Shown: positions 1 to 11,800 of the stretch, piece by piece
How positions within the stretch are numbered: position 1 is the stretch's first letter
How the letters are laid out: every line of letters starts with the position of its first letter
Assembly (NCBI RefSeq): GCF_002571385.2
Contig: NW_019217890.1
Coordinates: 94,282-158,281 of the forward strand
Direction: 5' to 3'
Source: Stylophora pistillata
Lineage: Eukaryota
DNA length: 64,000 bases
The notes under the pieces: model-generated
What the model saw: the letters and a program-made list of their open reading frames with translations, nothing else
The model's database searches: none
Told to the model about the DNA's origin: nothing
Translations under genes and position numbers: made by a program

Positions 1-1490
1 TATGCCTGTGTTTAAAAAGACTTCCAATATAAGTAGGGTCCGTACCATTTAAGCATTTAAAAAGAAATGTTAACGCCTGGTGTAAGCGCCTACAATATGA
101 GGATGTCATGCTAGCCGTAGTGAGCAGCTTGTCGTATGACATTGACTTGTTGTGCCCGATTAATGTTCTCAAAATATAACAGTTGCTATCTTCGAGACGG
201 TTGCGTTGACCCCGTACTTATGCCTACAAACAAAGTACTGCAGTATTCGAGCCATTGACATTGTTTAATGAGTTTTAGCAGCCTTGTATATAGGGTTCTA
301 GATTTGCCATTCACCTTTCTCTTTTCTGTATAGTTTTAGATATGCCTTTACTTATCAGATTATTAGACTTTGAATCTGTTCAGATTTGACTCCGTTATTT
401 ATAGTTTTCCAGACGCTTTGAAAAAAAAAAAAAAAAAAGGAGTAGACGTGAGCCCAAAGTATGTTATTTTGGATCGTTTTTTACGCTGTTAATATTTTGC
501 ATTGTAGAGGATTTTATGGAAATTATTGCTAAATAAAATTGTTTTTTTTTACTGCAGTATTCGAGATGAGGTAATATAACTGCTTTATAAAGTTTAATCA
601 TTGCATCATGAGAAAGAAAACGCCTTATTCTTCTCAATGCAGAAGCCGCGGCATAGGCTTTCTTTAATAGCTCTGATATGTGTTCTTTATAAGATAGGTC
701 TTTGTCTAGTGTTACTCCAAGAATCTTAATAGATCCGTCGGAGAAATTCTATTCTAGCATTATCAAGAAATAAAGAACAATGATAGGCACGGGGTCCGAC
801 AGATAATGCTTGAGTCTTAGCACTGTTCACTGTTAAATGGTTAGACTCAAACCACGACGAAAGCCAGNNNNNNNNNNNNNNNNNGGCGGTAGTTTACTTT
901 GTCTGTGTCAACCCCCCGTTTAAAGACAGGGGTAAGGCGCGCTTGCTTCCATTCAGACGGCAATAAGCGATTAAGAATGCAGAAGTTGATCAAATTAGTC
1001 ACCTTTTCGGCAAGTACTGGGGATCCCAAACGCAAGATTCGTGGTGAATTGCGGTCTACCCTAACTGCCTTTCTCGGATTAAGGTGACCTCAAATGTAAC
1101 GGATATATGAACTACTGACTGGGGAGTAATTAAACTCGCTAGAGAAGCGTAGATTGCTTATTGCCTTAATACTGGGATGGTCAGTGTAGTCAGTGTCAGA
1201 TCTATGCTCTAACTGAAAGGTATTAGTAAAGTAATCACTAAAATCTTCGACCACACACCCCAGGGTCGGAAACAACACTACTGCCCTCAACGAGTATGTT
1301 TTTACCAGAACTGGTTAGCAAAAGGGGGCTTCATTTTTCTCCGAAATTCGCCCGGACCTTTAGCACTCAAGGAAGCGTCACAGCAGAACCTTTTCACAGC
1401 ATTGAACTTTAGTGACGTAACTTTGTTACGTTGCTGCTTATAGTCATCCCAAGAAGTAGATGTAGGATTCCGCTTGTGAACCAAAAATAT
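1..1490 (-). mobile_element. Degenerate CR1/L2-clade LINE ORF2 (reverse transcriptase) fragment, interrupted by a 298-bp insertion
   Basis: Minus-strand translations give LPSEWKQARLTPVFKRGVDTDKVNYR (pre-RT), KILGVTLDKDLSYKEHISELLKKAYAAASALRRIRRFL..LYKAVILPHLEYCS (551-730) and LEYCSTLFVG..RRLHQALTFLFKCLNG (1-251). Stops and frameshifts present; the RT core is missing. Confidence 0.85.
252..549 (+). mobile_element. Short retroposed insertion (probable 5'-truncated LINE 3' UTR) nested in the LINE
   Basis: Flanked by the 16-bp direct repeat TACTGCAGTATTCGAG (236-251 and 550-565). Ends in AATAAA followed by a GTTTTTTTT tail. Confidence 0.7.
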
Positions 1491-1520
1491 TACTCATGAA
1501 CCAAAACATTTAACCTTCAG

Positions 1521-1765
1521 ATCGGAAGCATTCACTCAGTTTTTAAAGAAAGGTCTTTTTATGTCCGAGCTCTCTTTTGGCACATCTCTTGATGTCGATC
1601 ACTATAATGTACAATACGTAGCTGTTCATCGCTATTGTGACTGGTCTGGGGCTGGGCTTTTATCTGGTGACACCGCTGATCAGCTTACACGTTGGCAGAG
1701 AGGAGACTGATGACTACTTTGACATCTCGATGAATTCACCGTCCACAAGACATCAGCAATTGTGA
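1521..1765 (+). pseudogene. Pseudogenised last exon of a Ctr/SLC31 copper transporter paralog
   Basis: After acceptor ttcag (1516-1520) it reads SEAFTQFLKKGLFMSELSF(+1 frameshift)AHLLMSITIMYNT*LFIAIVTGLGLGFYLVTPLISLHVG. This is colinear with the intact exon at 30374 (RDLVTQFSKTCLFVTELAFAYFLMLVAMTYNTSLFAAVVTGRGVGYFLATPLV) and has the same phase-2 acceptor. TAG at 1619-1621. Confidence 0.85.
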
Positions 1766-2071
1766 AATCTTCTCAAATATCATTAACCGCAAAGCAGGAT
1801 ACAAATACTCTAATCGTGCTATGACGAAGGTAAATCCTTTAAACTATCTGCCGATGAAATTAAGGAGTTTCAACAATTCTTCAGAAATTATATAACCTGT
1901 ATGATCCTAGTACAAAAACCCTTTTACAACAGTCGCTTCCCTTCCTTTAAGATAGACGTTATGTTAGCCCATAAATAAAGATAGAAGTCTCGATCGATCG
2001 TATAGTCTGGTGACTAAAACAAATTATTGATGACTTCATTCCCTGGTATGTACTCTTCTCTCCGAACTTAC

Positions 2072-2396
2072 GGACCAGTCGTTATTTATCGACTGGTTGG
2101 AGGGGGGGGGGGAGATTTTGGGAGAATAACATGATTTTCAGGGGGAACGGAGTGTCATTAGTCGCCAAAAGAGTTTAAACGGGGGACTATTGAAAATCGA
2201 CTGCAAATTAACTACCAATAAGAAGAGATCATCAGTAAATTATAGAGCGTCAGGGAGGATCAAACAATTTTTTTTAAATCGTGACACAACCAAAATCTTC
2301 CGATCTCCCCACCCAGGGGAGATCAGAATTAGAGATAGTCATTAATTAGAGATAGTCATTATTAATCCCCCAGGCGATTAATAATGACTCGTCCCT
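2072..2396. mobile_element. MITE-like element with imperfect terminal inverted repeats and G-/C-rich subtermini
   Basis: GGACCAGTCGTTATTTATCG at the left and CGATTAATAATGACTCGTCC at the right. A related degenerate copy lies at ~28331-28560. Confidence 0.6.
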
Positions 2397-2757
2397 CAGA
2401 AAATGACGTCAACAGATCATTCTTCTTGGCTTTCGCCGCCTTCAATACGAGACGTGCAATAAGGTTTGGAACGCTTTGAGATGAACAATGGTACCTTACC
2501 CCTGACCTTGGTCAATTGTCCAATTTGACGTTACTTTTGCTCAGCGTGTGATGTTTATGACTTCGTAATTACGTGTTATTGTCGCCGCCCGATACAATTG
2601 TTCTGCGGAATTAAAAAAAAAAAAAAATTCACTAAGTCACTGTTTGATTGATTGATTCTCCTGTACCTTAATTAGTTTCTTTATAGCTTTTTGTCTTTGG
2701 ACATTTGTCCACCCTATGTAAACAGAACCATTTCTTGGAACCGGTAGATGGTTTAAG

Positions 2758-2764
2758 TATAAAA
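2758..2764 (+). promoter_or_regulatory. Candidate TATA box of the ZP-domain gene
   Basis: TATAAAA ~90 bp upstream of the ATG at 2850. Motif only; TSS unknown. Confidence 0.3.
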
Positions 2765-2849
2765 AATTAGCTAACAAAAGGGAACCTTACATAAGCTAAC
2801 GCCTCACTGTGGAGCACGTCAGTTCCTTGCTGCGAAATCATTTTGCGGA

Positions 2850-5800
2850 ATGTTTTCTTCCTTTATCCTGAGTTTTATCGTAGTGACGTTTTCACGTCAG
2901 ACGACAGCGTCGCATTTTCGCGGTGGTATCATCACGTGGAAACCGGGTGGAAATAATTCGAATAAGGTAAAAAAGAAAATTACGCAGGTGTATTGAGTGA
3001 CCTTCTAGGAACGTAACATGTGTCGGAAAAAAAGATGTCGCCACTTCAGATTAGTTGTCATTACAGCAGCTAAATGGGTTGTACAGTTTGTGGTGAGAAA
3101 AGAATTATATCACAAGGACTCGATTTTGAAGTTTAAGAGCTTAGATCAAAAAAAAGAAACTCGATTATCGAGGAGCTAAATTTACGCTTGCAAGACTGGT
3201 TAGTCTTTTACTCGCCTATTTAGCTTAAATTTTGTGCGACTTATTTGTTTAAAAATCTCGCCAGCCTCGGAGCTCATGGCTTCGGTAACTAGTTTCGCAA
3301 GAATTCGAAGAATGCTGAGCGCATGACTAATTAGATAATAGCGTGCAATCGTAGCGCATTTACTTCGGATGGGCAACCTGTAACAATTTATGGCTGCTTT
3401 ACAGAGTATCAACGATTATGTGGACGGGATAAAAAGCTTGCAGCAACAAAAATCGCTAACTTTCTCTAATAAGCTCGTATGACCAGTCGATTAGATGGTA
3501 AAACACTGACAAACTGATTAACAAATTGTGCATCTAGTAAATGCAAACAGTGTTAAGCGCAATAAGCCATTGCATAGATTGGTTGCATAATCATCTCAGG
3601 ATGAATTAAAATTGCTAACCCTGGTACCTTTAGTGTGGTAATTCTGTTAACAACCGTTAGTACCGTGATTTGAATAGCCAAGGCAATGGCTACGTCGTTC
3701 AGAGCACTTCAAATTCCGGAAGTAACTTTCAGGTTTTCTCGGAAATAACCTACAACTTTAATTGGCTTGAACGTTTACTTAATGTGGAAAGGTATGTTAT
3801 AGCTGTGAAATATACTTATCACACCACACTTTGGTTTCTATGAAACATTATATCATGCAAATGAACCCTATGATAATATTTTATCGCAAAAAGCGACTGG
3901 AAATTTGAATTATTCAAACTTTGTTTTGAACACAATTCTAAATGCTAGAGACTGCAGAACAGTGTAAATTCCTCCCTTTTTTAATGTCTTAGGCGATTTA
4001 ACAAGTGATTTAATCTTATCCTGATTACCTTGAATTATTTTTCCTGAGAGCTCAATTCAAATTATTTTATATATATATATATATATATAAAAAGTTTAAA
4101 AAAATTGCGAGGATGGACAACTTCTGACGTAAAAAATATAAATAATTTAATAAAAAACGTNNNNNNNNNNNNNNNNNNNNNNNNNNNNNNNNNNNNNNNN
4201 NNNNNNNNNNNNNNNNNNNNNNNNNNNNNNNNNNNNNNNNNNNNNNNNNNNNNNNNNNNNNNNNNNNNNNNNNNNNNNNNNNNNNNNNNNNNNNNNNNNN
4301 NNNNNNNNNNNNNNNNNNNNNNNNNNNNNNNNNNNNNNNNNNNNNNNNNNNNNNNNNNNNNNNNNNNNNNNNNNNNNNNNNNNNNNNNNNNNNNNNNNNN
4401 NNNNNNNNNNNNNNNNNNNNNNNNNNNNNNNNNNNNNNNNNNNNNNNNNNNNNNNNNNNNNNNNNNNNNNNNNNNNNNNNNNNNNNNNNNNNNNNNNNNN
4501 NNNNNNNNNNNNNNNNNNNNNNNNNNNNNNNNNNNNNNNNNNNNNNNNNNNNNNNNNNNNNNNNNNNNNNNNNNNNNNNNNNNNNNNNNNNNNNNNNNNN
4601 NNNNNNNNNNNNNNNNNNNNNNNNNNNNNNNNNNNNNNNNNNNNNNNNNNNNNNNNNNNNNNNNNNNNNNNNNNNNNNNNNNNNNNNNNNNNNNNNNNNN
4701 NNNNNNNNNNNNNNNNNNNNNNNNNNNNNNNNNNNNNNNNNNNNNNNNNNNNNNNNNNNNNNNNNNNNNNNNNNNNNNNNNNNNNNNNNNNNNNNNNNNN
4801 NNNNNNNNNNNNNNNNNNNNNNNNNNNNNNNNNNNNNNNNNNNNNNNNNNNNNNNNNNNNNNNNNNNNNNNNNNNNNNNNNNNNGTCTGAGCGGGTTACC
4901 CGTTTTGTGTGTTTTGATGTTTCCAAATGCAACTCCTGGTCTCGCTTCTTTATTTAAAACCCATTTGGCTACTTCGGGAGAAATCTCACCTTTTCCTAGC
5001 CATTTGGAGCACCAACTCTCTACTAATGCCAAATGTTTAGAGGTTGGGTCTGATTGCAAAGGTTCATAATGCAACTGATTGTTAAGCTGACCAAACATTT
5101 TTTTCCTAGTTTATTCTAGTTTGAGCACTCTGGCATGGCTTAGACGATACCACGAATGTTGGATCGTTTGGGGTGACCGTCTCGGTTCTCCTCCATCGTA
5201 GCATCACGGCACTGCACTGATGAGGCCCAGAAGGCCGAAACAGTACTGTCTGCAGTATCATATATATATATATGGTAGCAGTTAGGGGGAAATAGTTATT
5301 CCATATAGATTCAATTTTGTATACCATATATATACCATATATATTGTACCATATATATTGTATACCATATATATATGGTAGCAGTTAGGGGGAAATAGTT
5401 ATGCCATATAGATTCAATTTTGTACTTCGAGTAGCTTTAAACTAAAGATTTTCTTTCTCTTTGATCAAGAATCATTTTTCAAAGCAGAAGCAAGGAAAGC
5501 TCCTCGCTTTGAAAATAGCGAATATCAGGGAGCTAACTTTGCCTTTACGTAATTATTCACTCTAGAATTTTCACTTATTGTGTGGTTGAAAATTTCGCCA
5601 GCCTAACTCTTGGTTTCACAGCCAGTTTCACAAGAATTTAAAGAATGCTGAGTGCATGATTATTGATGCACAGAATCAGTCATTCATAGAGTAGTGCGTG
5701 TATTTTGGAAGAGCTACATCTCAAATTTTCTAAAAGTATTAACAATTCTGTGGACAAAAATTACAATAACAAATTGCATCTTTTTTTCTTAGCCAAGTTC

Positions 5801-8800
5801 CTATGATTACTCGATTAGATGATAAAACACTGGCAAAAGTGTTTGATCATTGTGTACTTAACTAAAGCAAACAAAGCTCGGCGCATTAAGTTATTACGTA
5901 GAATTTGTCACGAAATTTCATATTTTACCATCGCATTCGTCCTAAGATGATACAAATTGCTTACGCTGGTTCCTACAGCTTGTGAATCCGCTAAAAAGTT
6001 TTTTAATAATTAAAAGATTAAAAAAATGCATCGCAACTCATAGTTCTTCAAATTCCGGAAGTAACTTCCGCGTTTTCTCGGAATTTTTGTCGCGAGTTTG
6101 TATTATATCAACGTTTACTTAAGGTAGAGAGGTATCTGAAGGCATTTAAGCATACTCATTACACCTGTCACTTTAGGTTCTATTGACCATTTTATCATGC
6201 AAACGCACCTTAAGTCAATTTTATCGCTAAACGTGACTAGACTTTGAAACATTCAAGCTTTGTGTGTCGTTAAAAAGTTCTGAATGCTTCAGGTAGCGCA
6301 AGTGCGTTAATTCGCTGCCCTTGTCACAACGTTTTAAGACCTTTGTGCAGCGATTTAATTTTACCAGTCTGTGTTCTACTCATACTTGCAACATCGTTCC
6401 TCTGAAAGCTTACTTTGATTTATTTGCGCCATTATCTAGACAGCAGCATGATATATTCAATAGAAACAGATGTTTTTTGTCTTGTTACGAGCGTGACGAA
6501 AAGAGAAAGTTCTGAGTCTTTATGAGGAATCAAATCGCCCACCTTCAGATTCCGTGTTTTGATGCTCCAAAGGTGTGGGGGTCGGCTCTTAGTAGGGACT
6601 TCTTTGTCCCACGCTTATTCCTGAACGAAAAAAAAATATATTTCTTTTTCTTTACCGAGCTCAGATCTATCAGATATTTTAGCATTGTCACAAGTGCTTT
6701 CGGTATTCTTTCAAACGCTGACGCTGTTTTAATGTACTCAGTTTGAATATTCGAAAGTTTACAGACACCGAGATAAACTGCTATATAATTGCCGGCCACT
6801 TTTGCTCAGTATTTGAATTCCCAGTTCATTATATAGCCAACAGCACTCATATTTACATCTCTTACAAATCAAATTCGAAATACGGTGTGGAAAGTATGCG
6901 CGGACTGGAATCTCATCGACTGTAAGTTGATATAAGATTAACAACAGTAAGGGGAGCAATGAAATGGAATAAACATGTCTAGTATTGATTAACGTTTGAA
7001 CTGGTTTCAGGTTCTTTTTAACTTCCGGCTGGGTTTCCGAAGATCGTATTCTAATTCTTATTTCTGTGACAACTCGATGGTTGCAAGCCAAAGTATCGTA
7101 GGAAGGGGAGACAGCTGGAGTGCAAGTCATGACAAAGGATATTATTCAAGTTTTACTGTGGCAGATACTGGATATCATTGCACCGATTTCAGTGTTCAAG
7201 AGGACTGGACACAGGGGGAAAACAGTTTTGAGCATACTTTCCCGGATGAAGGACCCTGGCTGATAAGGTGAGTTAAGCAAAATACACTCTATCTGTCGAC
7301 AATTTCGAGCTATCGTGGTCGTTTAAACAATTCCTTTGTATTGTACCATCCACATTCACTGCTCAATACCCGAACAACAAAAAATTAGGGCAATATGAGA
7401 TGATGAAACAAACAAATCATCAGAAAAGTAGTGACACAGGATCGGGAAACAAGCACGGTGCCCCCATGCTCAATTTCACCTTTTCAATGTCCAATGCATC
7501 GTTATATTTATGAGATAACAAACAGTTTAAAATCTGGATAGTGTTTTTTTTCTTTTAAGGGAATCACCTGTGACGAATTTCAAAATGATAAAGGGTCATC
7601 CCATGGACAGACGAGTCACGCATGGCTTATATCCTATTACCTAGTTATTGGAAAGCCTCTTCGTGGAGCAATTTGAATTTGACTTTAAGTATTTAACTTA
7701 GTGTCAGTGTAAAATGTAAATATCAACTGATAAAATCTAATTTTGTTTTCGCTGTATCCAGTTATTCAAGTTGCTGTTGGATCTCCCTGGCAAATGGAGG
7801 CAATGGTGATTGGTTTCTCTCAACCTCTGTCAACCTGACAAAGCGTCAAGATAACGGAAGAATCAACTCGTCTCCAATCTCAGCGCTATCTCCCATCGTG
7901 CGACACCAGCAAGGCTGTTCGAAGACAATCACTATTCCTGCTGAGGACTCGGACGGTGATAAAGTTCGCTGTCGATGGTCGACTGGTTCTCGAAGAGAAT
8001 GTGGTAGTGTATGTCAGAGATTTCAAAGCGGCAATTTGGATGAAGTAAGTTTAGCTGACCTGTTAAGAACGTTAAGGCAAATTCTTCCTAATTTCTGCCT
8101 TTTAGAATTTTCAACTTTGTCGATCGTAATCCGTGTTTATCATTGCCTCGTTTATCTTACCAATACTGAGAACTTTAATGCTCTGTTGCACTCCTCTTCT
8201 TTTGAGGAGGTATTGCGCGATGCAAAGTTAGATGCTTCCTTGAATTAAATAAAAAAGTTTTGGACGCCCATTGTTCAACTGTAATATTACTACGAATCAA
8301 CCATTTCCTTACAAGAATGCCAATGTATCATCAAATTCAAAATTCCTATGGAATATTTTTCTTTGTTCCACGATCGTGATAACACGAAGAAACATTTTTA
8401 ATTTCTTTGGTAAAAAGGCTTCTGAAATAATAAAAAAAATTATCATTTTTTGGTCGCTTTGCATTTTTCACATATTCTAATCTTACTTTTATTATTTTTT
8501 TTATCCGATCTAAATAGGAGAAATGCACTTTGAGTCTCTATAGCAATGCAGCTCTTGGTTGGCATGCAGTGGCTATTACCTTGGAAGACTACCCAGCTTC
8601 AACGACCAACTTCCAAAGCGCCACCCCATTCAGTCATGTAAGCCTGCAGTTTCTTGTTCACGTGAGTCCATCTTCCGGGCCCTGTAATAGGGCTCCAGTC
8701 CTTATCGGCCAAACCCCAAACGACGGGTCTTGTGAGGAAGTGTCAAATGGTGACACTTTCAAAAGCATTATTGAAGCAAAACATATCGACTCCTCTAGAA

Positions 8801-11800
8801 GGTATGTGTAACTGCTGCACCCTTTCCATGCTAGAATTTGATGGATATGAAAGTGACACTTTCAGTTTAACAATGACTTAGCAAACCTGCTTTTTGTGGG
8901 TCAGTTCCTGGAAATAGCAAATCCTGATAAGTTAGTAAATGAGCTCATCAGAATTCAAAGCATCCTTCTGTTGAAATGTAGCCTATTTTTGTACAACCGA
9001 CGATGGATATCTCAGAGGTCGTTTTTTGACAGCGATGCTCTTACCATGTGTATAGTCAAAGTAATGTTAGTATCTAACGAGCAGGCAATGAAATAGACAA
9101 AGATTATCAACTTACCCAGCACTTTTGAATACGTTTCGGTCTGAGATATGTTCTGGGCAAACTCAAGAAGCATATGCTTTTGAGCTAAGCCAATCAACTT
9201 CCGGCCCGAGATTCACGTACCGTAGTCCTGATCAGTAAGGAAGAATGAGAAAGCTTATTTCCTCTGCAGTGTTCAACATTTTACTCTGTTTTAGCATTGT
9301 TGAGATTATCACTGTCACACCACTTTATATGGTTATTACCGGCCTCCTGAACTACACTGATCAGATCGGGGACACAGTATTCTACAGGAATGCGTCGTGG
9401 AATCCACGATTATCTCAGAAGGGACGACATATCTTTTGTTTCAAGGCAGTTGACAACTACGGGTGGGTCAACAAAGTTATTGTTTTTGTAAATCTATTTT
9501 CTTTTCAGTGTATCATACTTCAAAACGCCTCCATTTAATGAAAAGGTAATTGGATCTTTTTCGTGGTCGCTTTTCCCTAAAGAAAGTAACAGTGCATATT
9601 TGCAGATTAAGCAAGTTCTTACTCACTCCTCGCATGTTTCCTGGATAACAGCTGCCTCAATTTAAATATCCTTAAGACTCTTTGATTTTCTTTGGTATAT
9701 AATTTGATGTATTTTTATCTATGTACAACAATTCACATTTCAGGATTGAAAGCGAGCAGAGATGCATTACCATTATCGTGGGATCAAGTAAGCTTGCATT
9801 TTAAGTGATATTCTGCTGGTTTCTCGGTGTCCGAAATTAGACAATTGATTTCCTACACGAAAAGCTCTTTTGCAGTGCAGGCCTGATTCTTATGTCCCCT
9901 TGTTGTGGTTCTTTTCAGATAACACTCCAAATCCGTTATTGTATTCTCGTGTTCCTGTGGTCCCTCGCTTGTCATGGCCGTGGTGGTTTGGATTTGTGGA
10001 CTTTAACATAACGTTTGACCAACAGGTATTAAATGAAAAGCTGAACTATACACGCAGATTGATTGGTTCTTATTCATGATCTATTTGAGGATAGACGAGC
10101 AGATGACGCTGACAAAAATATCTTATGATCTTATAGTTTAAAACAATAAGCGATCATAGAATATGTCAGAATGCGGTAAGAACAGTGACACATTCTGCTG
10201 TGCTGCATGCACCACTTTTTGGTTCTTACTCAACAAACACATAGTGGCACAGAATCTCTGTTAAGTATTTACAAACTAAAATGAAAACAATGCCTGTACT
10301 TCCATGAAAGCTTCTAATTATAAGTTTAAATACAAGTGGCTAACTAGTTTGTTTCCATAACACAGATCAAAAGACCACGCCATTCCAAGTTTATACGGAT
10401 CGTCTTGGAAGACCACGTAATATACAAACTTGACACACGCTCTTCGAGTGACGTTACCGTTGATAAATTTAGCCTTAGATTCCGCCTGCCGCAAGTTGTT
10501 CTTAGTATGCGGGGAAATTATTCCATTACCATGGACCGTGGCGTTGTGGTGGGCCTCGGGTGTACATCGGATGGTCCGCCTTCACCAGGCATGAGCTCTT
10601 TAAAAGACTGGCCTTTTGATGTTGGAGTTTGTTCTAAGGGCACTTACATGGATCATAATTATCGGTGTAATGGTAAGAACATTGGGTTTTGCATGGAGTA
10701 TTACTGTAATAAATTACAATTTGGAGTAGACTTGCCATTACTGTGCGTAAATATTTAGCCACGAAATTCAAGTTTGTCGTTTGCAATCCTTTTTAGTCTT
10801 ATCCATTTTTAAAAACTCCTGCCCGATATTGAATCAGTGTTGCCTTCCATGGAATAGGGAAATGTTAGATGTTGAGCTCGGTAAAGCGAAAAGGAAAAGG
10901 ATGATTCATTTTGTCACTAGAGCGGGGCAAAGAAATAGTCTGAGATCCCTCGTGAGAAATCGGCCCTTAGAACTTTATGCCTAAAAAACCCCACTTGAGA
11001 TTAGCACTCTGGTGAAGCCGTTTATTCCTCGTGAATATCCAGATACTTAAACCCTTAAGTTACGCTGCTTGGCTGGTCACGCGTTCTCTAACTTGCCAGA
11101 AGAAGTCTCAATTTAGCTCATAGGGTCTTACAAAGTCGCCGTATCACATGTCTGTTACACAGTTAGAAGCCCATAGAAGAGATATTTACTTTCTTTCTCA
11201 CATCTTAGCTATTACTGGAATTAACTCTGTTACACGGGTCGTTACAACCCCCATGTACTAATTTAAGGTGATGGGATAAATGTTAACTTGAGTTGCTTTT
11301 CTTCTAGATGTAAATGAATGCTCCAAGGCGCCGTCTATTCTGAGTCGCAAGAAAAGAAATCCTTGGGGATGGTATTGGCAATATTACACTACTTCTGCGC
11401 AAGGTGCATGTATACTTTACCTCGGGTAACTCTACGTAACTTAGTGCGCAAAAGCGTCCTTTTTTCAGGGAAAACTAACGAGTTTGTCTCATTTTATTTG
11501 ACAGCCATGGTGTCAAGTATGCAAACAAGTAGTTTTTCACCCACACCAGGTAATTCAGCGGTATTCAGAAGTAAATAATTAGGAGTGGTATTTATGGTGT
11601 CTTTCAGCTTGAAGATGTTGCTGTTTCCGCTGCAGTTGTTTTTAGTGGTTTTTCGCGCTCTAAGAGGCAAAATCTTAGAGTGAGACATATGTGACGTTAA
11701 ACTGTACTGATTTCTTTTCTTTAGCTTTCGCAGTTGCTATGACTTCGTCGATTTCTGGTAAGAACAATTTTGATTTTGAATTATAAAGAAAATAAAAAGA

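Larger units (their letters stand above)
3110..6330 (+). repeat. Diverged ~850-bp direct duplication in intron 1 (copies ~3110-3980 and ~5420-6330)
   Basis: Colinear shared blocks: AAATTCCGGAAGTAACTT..GTTTTCTCGGAA (~3711 and ~6050), AAGAATGCTGAG(C/T)GCATGA, AACGTTTACTTAA and ATCATGCAAA. Confidence 0.75.

Noticed and set aside
4067-5098. Long ORFs of 261-343 aa in the ORF track
   Set aside because: Artefacts of the N gap; only 4885-5098 is informative (Penelope RT fragment).
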